Shown in pieces: positions 52,911 through 64,000 of a stretch of 64,000 bases of DNA (positions within the stretch are counted from its first letter, which is position 1; each line of letters starts with the position of its first letter). The translations under genes and the position numbers were made by a program. The stretch covers positions 90,086,001 through 90,150,000 of the forward strand of contig OX597823.1 of the NCBI GenBank assembly GCA_951406725.2. The letters are read 5' to 3'. The notes under the pieces were generated by a model, which ran no database searches, had not been told where the DNA came from, and saw only the letters and a program-made list of their open reading frames with translations. The DNA comes from Octopus vulgaris (Eukaryota).

Positions 52911-53960
52911 GACACAAGTTTGGTGTTACATGGTTGTTTTGGAACCATTTTTGGGTTATGAAGGTGCCCTGAAATCATGCAGTTTGCAAAATGAGATTCT
53001 TAACCAGACAGAGGAAATCAAAAACTAGAAAAAAAAAATCAAAAAAAAAAATCAGAAAACCAAAACAAAGTCCAAAATTTGTCTTCAGAATCCTTCAACT
53101 ATTTTAACACAACTGCAAGTATTTTTGGCTTGGATTTCTTTAATTTAAAAAAAATTTTATAACTCAGCAAATTCATGAAGTTTTAAATTTAAGTCAAATC
53201 TCGGTTGATAGAAGTGCTAAAGAAATATCGGTTTCTTTTTCAGTGACACCATTACCAACTATTATCATGAGGTCAGGTTCTATGTGAGTTTTCAACCTGC
53301 TAGAAATAGCAGCTACATTTTTTAAATCACCCTCAGCTTCTCTTAACCCATTTGATACCAAACAGTCCCTTGTTCTATGATATAAACTTCATGCTTTAAA
53401 GAGATCTAAATTAAAACCTTTAAAATTTTTATATTTATTCATGTTCCAAACAACAGTTTAATATTGGTTTCAAATTTTTGCACAAGGCCAGCAATTTCAG
53501 GAGATGTGGTAAGTCGATTATATTGATCCCCAGTATTCAACTGGTACTTATTTTATCAACCTTGAAACGATGAAATACAAAGTCAACCTCAGTGGAATTT
53601 GAACTCAGAACATAAAGTTGGCCAAATTGCTGTTTAAGCCTTTTGTCTGGTGCACTATCGATTCTGCCTTAAACTTACAGCTTAGTAATGACATTTATCT
53701 TAATAAATTCTTCGTTATTTTAAAAATTAATTGAAACAAAAGGAAGTGTATTTCAACAGAAATATGGAAACGAAAGGGTTAAAAATACATTGAATATGTA
53801 GTTTAAAGGAGATGGTCATGGATTAAATGTCTTTGATCAGAGATCTGTTCATTCAGATTGACCTGGGGCTCAACAGCAGGAGCAATACTACACCTTATAT
53901 AATAGATAATTACTATTTGTAAATCTCTCAACGAGAGATATTCAGCAACAGTACTCTAGA

Positions 53961-54346
53961 GTAAAGATTGTTTGCCAACATAACATGGCAGTCTTGGTTT
54001 AGGACGAATGTTGCTGTAATTTAGCCCCAAGAGACATCGTCTTCAGCTGGCTATACAACACGATCTATGTCCTTATATTTTCGAACAAGGGTATTTAGCA
54101 CCCCCACTCAGCTCAAAACAATATCTGTGTATTGCAGTTATTCTGTGCTGATGAAGAGAAATAACCCAGAAATCGCAATACACAGATATTGTTTTGAGCT
54201 GAGTGGGGGTGCTAAATATATTGTTCGAAAATATAAGGACAGATCGTGTTGTATAGCCAGCTGGAGACGATGTCTCCTGGGGCTAAATTACAGCAACATT
54301 TGTCCTAAACCAGGACTGCCATATTATGTTGGAAACTAATCTTTAC
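53961..54346. repeat. Long fold-back (~175-bp arms, ~40-nt loop) with CTGATGA..GAAA in the loop
   Basis: 53961-54135 is approximately the reverse complement of 54175-54346. CTGATGA at 54148-54154, GAAA at 54169-54172. Confidence 0.9.
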
Positions 54347-56938
54347 ACTACACCATATACACTTTAGGAGTGGCAAAGCGACAAGTTGTACACTGCATCC
54401 TTAAAAAATTCCCCAACACCACTCCTGATCTGCTTATGCATCTGTTTCCTCCTTATGGCATTTTAACTATTTTCTTTTTTGGTTTCTTTTTGTGTTTTAT
54501 TCTGTTACGTATTTACTTTCGGTTGTCATTACTGTCTTTCTTCACTTGGCATATGGCTGCTATTTATCCCGTTTTACTCTTTTCCAAAATAAAAAACTGT
54601 ATTGCACCTGAGCACTGCTTACAATTAGCTCACTTTTACTATTTATCATTTTTAAGCTAACAATTGTCCCATAAAGGTGGGGTCCCTATTTTTTATGGAT
54701 AGGGGGAGAAAACAGAGCTCAAGATGTTTTTTTAGAGCTGCCAAAACTTATAGGATGAAAGGGAAGAATTTATGCTTAGATTGGAGACCATATCCAAATT
54801 CTTGCACTAACATGGAACATTAAATCAGATGCCATTAACCATTTTCTTACCATATTTATTTTGAAGTACACAACATTTCTGTCTATTAATTTTGAAAATA
54901 ATGAAGAATATATTAAAATAATTTTGTCATTATTAAACTGGTGGTGAACGGAAAGAATTGTTGGTATGTCAGGAAAAGTTCTTAGCAGCATTTCAACCAT
55001 CTTTATGTTCTTAGTTCAAATTCTACCAAGGTCAACTTTGCCTTTTATCCTTTCACAGTTGAAATAAGTACCAGTTATGCACTGAGATCAATGTAATCAA
55101 CTTACCCCGTCTCCTGAAATTGCTGGCCTTGTACCAAAATTTGAACACTTTCAAACAAGAAGTTTGTATTGTAGAACCAGGGGCAGTCACAGGTGGGTTG
55201 GTATCAAAAGGATTAAGTCTGTCACCAAAGATAAGGTTCTATCTAACTGTAGGGCTTCCACACAATTTCCACCTACCAAATTTCACTCACAAAGTTTGAG
55301 TCTGACCAAGGCTGTAGTAAAAGACATTTGTCTACACAAGCTTGGGAACAGGGTGTCCAGACCTTGGGCAAGTGTCTTTTACATGTGCAGCCCCTAAAGT
55401 TTGGTCAGGGTGAGCAATGAAAATGCTTTGAACATCATCCTAAAAACATCATTGCCAAAACGAATGAGAATCACTCTTGGACTGATTTGAAATACTACCT
55501 TTCCATTACTGGATTTATTTGATTCTACAGATGTACAAATATAGTAATAATAATCATTATTATTATACTAGGCGTAGGAGTGGCTGTGTGGTAAGTAGCT
55601 TGCTTTTAAACCACATGGTTCCGAGTTCAGACCTTGGGCAAGTGTCTTTTACTATAGCCTTGGGCTGACCAAAGCCTTGTGAGTGGATTTGGTAGACAGA
55701 AACTGAAAGAAACCCATCGTATATATGTATATATATGTGTATGTGTGTATGTGTGTGTGTGTATATGTTTGTGCGTCTGTGTTTGTCCCCCATTATCGCT
55801 TGACAACTGATGCTGGTGTGTTTACATGCCCATAACTTAGCAGTTCGGCAAAAGAGACCGATAGAATAAGTACTAGGCTTACAAAGAATAAGTCCTGTGG
55901 TTGATTTGCTTGACTAAAGGCAGTGCTCCAGCATGGCCACAGTCAAATGACTGAAACAAGTAAAAGAGGGTAAGAGTAGTATTACTTTGATATTAAGATC
56001 ATAAAAGGTTTTGGACCTGGGTTTGCATCTACCCTCAGCAAATTTCACTCAGGAGCCATGCAATGATATCAAAGCTCAAACCCCAATAGTCAGAAAGTAA
56101 AAGTTTAAACCCCACACCCACTCATGACTGCAACAAGAAATGTTTCAGGAGTCTGAAGTTTGGGGTTCAAATCCTGCCTTTAGCATTGATTGTAAAGATG
56201 CTGGAACTACAAGTATCATCACCATCATTTAACATCTGTTTTCCATGCTGGCATGGGTTGGACAGTTGACCAGAGTTGGAAAGCTGCATCAGGTCTCAGT
56301 CATCTGTTTTGGCATGGTTTCTATGGCCGGATGCCCTTCCTAATGCCAACCACTTAACAGAATGTACGGGGTACTTTTTACAAGGTGCTGTTTACAAGGT
56401 ACCGGCATGTAATAAATAGTTACAACAAAAGTGTAGACGTATATTGAATGGAGAGAGATGTACAATTATGTTTGATTTGCTTGAATCTCCCTCAAATGAC
56501 ACCCTAAAGAAAAACAGAAAGGGGAAAGGACAGATTTCCCAATGTAATCCTAAAGAGCCAGAAAAAAAAAATGACAGGATGGTCATGGCTGGAACACCTT
56601 TGTAAATATTCTTGTTAAAGTTTAACTTGAGAACTAAACTGCAACCACAATTACCACCACCAATTCACAGAGAGATGTTAATCCATCTCTCATCTCTCTC
56701 TGTGAATCAACAAGAGAGAGATGGAAATGAATAACTCCCTCATCCCACCCGGATAAGAAAAAAAAAAGCAAAAATGGCATAGCTGTGGGATAAGAAGTTT
56801 CCTTCCTAACTACATAGTTCTGAGTTCAGTCCCACTGTGTGGCACCTTGGGCAAGTGTCTTCTACTATAGCCACCTTGAGCTGACCAAGCCTTGTGAATG
56901 GATTTGGTAGATGGAAACAGAAAGAAGCCTGTCATATA

Positions 56939-57326
56939 TCTTTATATATAAAGCTGAAGTTGTCTGTGTATGGCAGGTTTGGTAGCCTTCAACTAACACT
57001 ATCTCCTTCGAGACCCTGCAGCGTAAGTTGACCAAAATTGAGAGTATGATAGAAGAAGGCTTGCTCTTCATTCCGTAGGAGATAAAATTCAAATTGGACA
57101 ATGTTAACACCAAAAATTATTTACATCAAAACGGTGCTTTTTTTCTATAAAAACCCCTAATTTTACGATTTTTTTACTGTTGTGGTGCCATTTTTCAGTG
57201 TATTTCAACCAGAAAATGTTCACTTAAAGAGAATAACAAGCTACATAATGCAAAATTTTTACTTTTCAAAAATTCCAATTCTAAAGGGTTGAAACAAACC
57301 CGAGCAATGCTGGGTGATACTGCTAG
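56939..57326 (+). mobile_element. Non-autonomous Helitron inserted in the middle of a SINE
   Basis: A|TC at 56938/56939 and CTAG|T at 57323-57327. SINE halves on both sides. Confidence 0.9.
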
Positions 57327-59679
57327 TATATATATATATATACATGTATATTTATGTGTGTGTGTGTGTCTTTGCATTTGTGCTTGTCCCCTCCACCATC
57401 ACTTGATGACTGATGTGGTGTGTTTATGTCCCTGCAACCTAGCAGTTCAGCAAAAGAAACCAATAGAATAAGTACCAGGCTTACAAAGAATAAGTCCCGG
57501 AGTTGATTTCTTCGACTAAAAGGTGGTGCTCCAGCATGGCCAGAGCTTTTTCGTGTGATCTTGAATTAATTAGAGCTTCATTTGAGCAACTTGGAGATTA
57601 GGAAGGAATCAAAGCATGTGCACATATATCATCATCATCATGATCATGTGTGTGTATGTTGTTTCAGTCATTAGACTGTGGCCATGCTGGAATCGACCCC
57701 AGTACTTTTTCGTTAAAGCCTAGTACTTATTCTATCAGTTTCTTTTGCCAAATTGCTAAGTTATGGAGACAGAAACACACCGACACCAGTTTTCAAGCAG
57801 AATTGGAAGGAAAAAAACAGACACAAAGGCACACACATATATGACAGGCTTCTCTCAGTTTCCATCTAACAAATCCACTCACAAGGTTTTGGTCAGCCCA
57901 GTACTTGTCCAACATGTAATGCAGTGGGACTGAACCTGGAACCATGTGGTTGGGAAGCAAGCTTCTTACCGCACATATATATATATATCACGTGATCATG
58001 TGACCGACCAGACCATCAGATGTTGCTACACATCGCTGGTCACAATGCGTTTGCATTGTTTTAGCCTTCGAATGATGCGAGCAGGCCAACAGAAGAAAGA
58101 GTGAGAGAAAGAGTGGTGAAAGAGTACAGCAGGGGTCACCACCCCCTGCTGGAGCCTCGTGGAGCTTTTAGGTGTTTTCGCTCAATAAACACACACAACG
58201 CCCAGTCTGGGAATTGAAACCGCAATCCTACGACCGCGAGTCCGCTACCCTAACCACTGGGCCATTGCACCTCCACTTATATTTATATATATAAACACAC
58301 ACACTCATACATGCGCGCACACACACATGCATACATTATATATACACATACAGAGAAAGATTAGGCGTTTCCAAATGTTTTTTAAAACCAATTTTTAATA
58401 TGTAATGTTGAGCTTAAGTAAAATTGTTGGAGTTGTTGTGTTGGAGCTGAATGTTTACTTTGGGTTTCTTTAGTTTGTTATCGTTAGTTTAAACAGGAAA
58501 TTATAATAATAAATTTACCATAAAGTCTATAAAATAATTTATGAAGCTGAGAGAAAAATGAAGAAATCTGATATGAATTAAAACAGCACGGAGCAGATAA
58601 CACTGAAACATAGAGCCAATAAATCATGTGTACGTGTGTGTGTGTATGTGTGTATGTATATCATATATATGCATGTTACAAACACACACACACGTATACT
58701 GATGTACATATACAAATACACATATACACTAACATTTACACACACGTACATATATATACATATCTCTGAATAAAATATAGATATCATTTTAGGAAATGGG
58801 AGATAAAACTCTAAATCTTTTTAATAGCAAGCTTGATAAGGGTATTTCTAGCCTTAGTTTAGAAATAAAGTTTACTGAGTTCAAATCCAGTCAGGAGCCA
58901 TTTACACATCCAGGAATAAGACACCTGACAATGATCGGAGATTAAACCAATCAGAATGCAGCATAGACAGAAATATTATATAAGACTCTTAGAGGTGAGA
59001 TTAGTCCTGAGAATTATGAGGCTGACAATAACAATAACTTGTTACAGACTCTTAACCCATTTCTATTGAAATACAGTTCTTGTTTCAGTTGACCCATTTA
59101 AACAGGCCATATCTGACCCAAATATTCTACCAGTTTTATGTTCAAACTGGCCAGATCCAGCCTCTCACACCTACCCTCTAATATTCTGAAAATAAACCAT
59201 CACATCATTGAAATTTCAAAGCTACACGATTACTCCTAAATCATCTGAAAAAATAAGTATTACATTCAACAGAGTAATTTGAATGCTAAATGGTTAAACT
59301 CTATGTAATAATAGCCACAATAAAGGTTCATTGGTTGTCCTGTCACGCTTTACATCATATTAATTGCTAGTAAGGGCGCCATATTTCATTTTGCAACCAT
59401 AATATACTACAAAGTGTATTAAAGGTCAATATAGTCCTTTACTTTTGTGTTAGTAGTGTGATGTTCTCACTTTTAAGTTTAACTCCTTAGATTTTCTACT
59501 GAATTTAGTGCCAGCACTGTAAGTTCTGATGTGTCATATACGAATACAACTATGTAGATAATACAATCAAAGATAGAAAAAAAAAAATGTAGATAATTGG
59601 TTTATATCCATATTTCAAGAGTAATTGCTCTTTCATCAGTACCATATCCAACCAATTAACTTTCCACTAACACATTGCT

Positions 59680-60165
59680 TAAATACATTATTTACATTTC
59701 ATGGATGTTTGCTCTTATCTTGTTTGTTGTTAACAATGTTTTGGCTGATATACCCTTCAGCCATAATCAGGTGTCTTGGGGAAATTTCAAACCTGGGTTC
59801 TCATTCCTAAGGTATTTTTCAATGTTATTATTATTATTATTATTATTCAGGTCACTGCCTGGAATTGAAGATGGAATCTTGGGGTTAGTAGCCTGTGCTC
59901 TTAACCACTACACCATATGCCCATAGGAAATAATGGAGTGAATTTTAGGGTTTATAAATCTAATATTTTCCTATCCTTTCTTAATACTGGGTCCCATTTA
60001 CTACTTACATCTGCACTCAGTCTGCTTAGGAGACTGAAATTTCCCCAAGACACCTGATGGAGGCTGGAGAGTATATCAGCAAAATGTGTTAACAAACAAG
60101 ATGAGGACAAATATTTGTCAAATGTAAATAATGTACATAATTCCTCATCTCTTAAATATAGAACT
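59680..60165 (-). mobile_element. tRNA-headed hammerhead-bearing repeat, copy 2, with inverted duplicate of the HHR tail
   Basis: tRNA-like head 59922->59848, (AAT)n, HHR-like tail. 60036-60163 is the same tail on the + strand. Confidence 0.72.
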
Positions 60166-61962
60166 ACATTGCTGAATTGCCCACTAAGTTTAGTGGTGTA
60201 ATACTACTGGATAGATGGATTTACATATTAAACACATTCCTGGCAAACTGAAAGATTGACATCATATAGATAGATAGATAGATAGAGGGGGGGGAGTTAA
60301 CATAAGAGGTGAAAGATGAGTGTCTTATAACATTCTGAAAAAAAAAAAAACTTTTCTTTTTTCATGAAATTTTGCAAAGGAAGGTTTTTGATAAAGTAGA
60401 TTGAATTATGTTAATAAGTTTAGAAAAATAACACATATTTGTTGCAAGTACACAAATGAGAAATTTGTTTTATTTAATTTTATTTCCTAGTAAGAGATAT
60501 TTTTTTTCATCTGAAAATTACTATTCATTCCTGTGTTTTGAAGAATTACTCCCAAAATTTGATAAAAGTTAAATGAAGAATTTAGTAAAATAACTTTGTC
60601 CTTATAAATTTAGTGTTTGGAACATGAATTAACATGAATCTTTGATGGAAGTTTGTAACATAGCACCATGTATGACCTGAGGCTGGTTGGTATCAAAAAT
60701 AGAACCAAAAAGAAATGAAAGTCAAAGAATTTTCAGAAGGTATTAGTTCTAAAAAAAATATCTAGCAAGTAGAGCACAAAAGGGTAAACCAATTTCTAAG
60801 AGTTTGTCTCTTTTTCAGAGTCATAATCTATGTGAAGATCTGAACTCAACACTGAAACATCCACTAAATTCATCAACTAAATAGTGGTGGTCACTATTGT
60901 TGAAAATATCGGCTTTTCTTTTCTTTTTTTTTTTTTTTGCTAAAAATAAAGGAAAAGATTTATATTTTGGAGTGAAAGGAGAGAGTTACTCTGATTTTTT
61001 TTTTAAGAAATGTATTTTTTGTCACTTCTTCATCATCATCATCATCATCATCGTTTAACGTCTGTTTTCCATGCTAGCATGGGTTGGACGGTTCGACCGG
61101 GGTCTGGGAAGCCAGGAGGATGCATCTGGCTACAGTCTGATCTGGCAGTGTTTCTACAGCTGGATGTCCTTCCTAACGCCAACCACTCCGTGAGTGTAGT
61201 GAGTGCTTTTTACAATGCAACAGCACAGGTGCCAGGGGAGGCTGGCAACAGCCACGATCAGTTGGTGCTCTTTACGTGTCACCGGCATGGTAGCCAGTCA
61301 AGGTGGCACTGGCATCGACCACGTATGGATGGTGCTTTTTACGTGCCACTGGCACAGATGTCAAAAATATTACTTGTTTTTCCTTAAGACCAACAGTTTA
61401 TATTTAAAGGGGAAAAGGTGATGCTGAGACATTTATGCTTTAGTAAGAGAAGAGATATACAAGTAGGCATTGGTAAATGTAAATAAAAATTTTAAAAAAA
61501 GCAAACAAACCAAAAGTTATTACAAAAAGAGGCTGTTGGTCTCTGTATTGGTCTATGTTCCTCCTGTGCATTAGGCAGCAAGTTTTCTCCAATTATACAC
61601 TTTTGAGTACCTGCAGCATACCATGCAATGTTAATTCAGATCTCCTTAGAATGTGAAGCACACCACACCCTCTTGGGCCTCCATTTCTTCCTGCATTCCT
61701 CTACTGACACTCATTGTATTTGTTCTTGTGGAACTAATAGAGGAAGGGGAAAATGTGATCCCTGTCGTAAGGGAAAGGGAAATAGGAAGTGTGATATTTA
61801 TGCCCTTTGAAAAGCAATAGTAATGTATGTTACAAGTGAAATGAAATGGTTGTGGTTTTAATAAGAGACAAAGTGCAACATAAGTTTGACTTTTGATCAA
61901 TGCAATACCAGTATACAGTTATATAACAGCATATTGTATATATATGTATATAAATAAATATA

Positions 61963-62011
<49 letters not shown>

Positions 62012-62356
62012 TCATCATCATCATCATTTAACGTCTGTTTTCCATGCTTGCATGGGTTGGACGGTTCGACTGGGGTCTGGGAAGCCAGGAGGCTGCACCA
62101 GGCTCCACTTTAATCTGGCAGTGTTTCTACAGCTGGATTATCTTCCTAACGCCAACCACTTTGTGAGTGTAGTGGGTGCTTTTTACGTGCCACCGGCACA
62201 GGGGCCAGATGAGGCTAATATATTACAATATTGTATGGTAAGATGACAGGATAACACCATTTGTAGGAGAGGTTAGGAAGGGGAAATAAAAGTAGATTAA
62301 AATAAAACAAAATAAAGTTAAAAAGTAGTCTGTTTACTTATTTATCAACCTGTCTA

Positions 62357-63614
62357 TCAGGTCATTAAGAATGAATTGTCCGATTTTCTTAAGCACCAAG
62401 TTTGACAGTCATTAACTCTAATGTTTTATGCTGACAATTCTTTGTTTTACAACATTGAGGGGTTCCATCATCACTTTTTGAAATTCAATTCATGGTATCT
62501 CATTATATTGTGAGTTTTCTCTTGTAAATCAGTTTTTGTGAACCCATGGATAGATCAAAAATTTGTGTTATGAATATGAGTTCCATCATGGAACCAATGC
62601 ATCCCAGACAGCTCGAAACATCAATGGGATGTTTGGTGAAGATGTGGCAAATAAGTACACTGTACATCAATGGTTTGGGAAGTGCCAGTCTGGTGACTTT
62701 ACTCTTGAAAATCAGCCCTGTGGTAGACCTGAGACCAAGGCGGAAAATGAGGAGCTGGAAACTTCAGTGGAAGCAGATACATGTCAAACTACACATGAGT
62801 TAGCAGCAAGGTTTGATGTTTTAATTCCAACTGTATTGGACCATCTGAAACAAATCAGCAAGGTAAAGAATCTGGACAAGTGGATACCACACAAACTGAA
62901 TGAGCCTCAAATCACACATCATTTTGAAACTTGCTGTTCTTTGTTGTCGTGGCATAAAAGTGAACCATTTTTGCATTGTATTGTTATGTGTGATAAAAAA
63001 TGGATTCTTTTCAACAATAGCAAGTATTCTGCATGGTGGTTGGATAGAGATTAAGTGCCAAAACACAATCCAAAAAAGAATATTCACCAAAAAGGCTAAT
63101 AGTGTCCGTTTGGTGGTCCAGCACTGGTGTCATCCACTACAGTTTCATAGGACCAGATAAGTCAGTTACAGTGGATGTATACATCAACGAATTGGATGAA
63201 ATGATGAGTAAACTTGCAATTAAACAACTAAGATTGGTCAATAGAGACAGGCCAGTTCTTTTGCAAGACAATGCTCGACCATGTTTCACAAAGAATGCTG
63301 CTCAAGTTACAGGAACTGAACTTGGAAGTACTCTGCCATCCACCATATTCACCAGCTGACTATCACGGATTCCAGGTATTAGACAACTTTTTGCAATGAA
63401 AAATCTTAAGAAGATGCAAAAACAGTCTTTCGTGATATCATCACCTCTTGCTCTCCAGAATTCTTCACTGCTGCCATAAATAAGCTACCAATAAAATGGC
63501 AAAATTGTGTTGATGATTCAGGAGCATACTTTGATTAACTGCATTGCTTTTTGTTGAGATAAAGTAAAATGAAGTTTCAGTTCAAAATCGGACACTTCAT
63601 TCTTAATGACCTGA
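62357..63614 (+). mobile_element. Full-length mariner, transposase disrupted
   Basis: TIRs TCAGGTCATTAAGAATGAA.TGTCCGATT at both ends with TA TSD. Motifs KWIPHKL, CDKKWILF, LLQDNARP. Confidence 0.95.
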
Positions 63615-64000
63615 TATTTTTATATCTATAAACCTTTTATATATTCTTAATCTCTTACATCCATGAACCTTTAAAACTTTTACATCAATAAATCTATAAT
63701 GGAAAATTAAACCCTCTCACACTTCCTTATGTTTCTTTTTACTTTGTTTTATCCTGTTTTATTTCATTTTTATTTCTTTTATCTCATCTTCCTCCTTTAC
63801 CTTCCTAATCTCTTCTACAAATGGAATTAGCCTTTCATCTTACTATACTTTTATTCTTGTCTGAGATACACCAACACATTTTATAACAATATTGGTACAA
63901 AAGCCTCATTCGTATAGTATCGTTTGCTTCCAGTTACCTAAATCAATATGTCCAGACTGTTTGTTGTTCCATAGAGTGGGAGGTTATTACCTTTCTTGGA

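Noticed and set aside
59848-59922. Genuine tRNA gene (also 23834 and 43200-43280)
   Set aside because: Broken acceptor and T stems, embedded in repeats; these are SINE-type heads.

Overview
AT-rich, microsatellite-dense eukaryotic DNA, most likely an octopus/cephalopod genome (inferred from the SINE and RTE families; not confirmed by search). It is mostly decayed transposons. Host-gene content: the last two exons of an SLC22-like MFS transporter (+, 1191-2929) and one orphan 96-nt candidate exon (-, 16166-16261). Mobile elements: a Helitron with both termini, non-autonomous Helitrons, several mariner/Tc1 copies and MITEs (piggyBac-like, Merlin-like), RTE LINEs, a Gypsy integrase, an R4/Dong-like 3' end, many tRNA-derived SINEs and Penelope-like elements (PLEs). 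A tandem segmental duplication covers about 6.9-20.3 kb. The most striking signal is about a dozen type I minimal hammerhead ribozyme (HHR) motifs from several unrelated repeat families. Two have fully canonical cores (10075, 39206). Most sit in PLE-style inverted or direct terminal repeats. One family is fused to a tRNA-like Pol III head, and one 485-bp unit looks retrozyme-like. All alignments and folds were done by eye, and coordinates of decayed elements are approximate.
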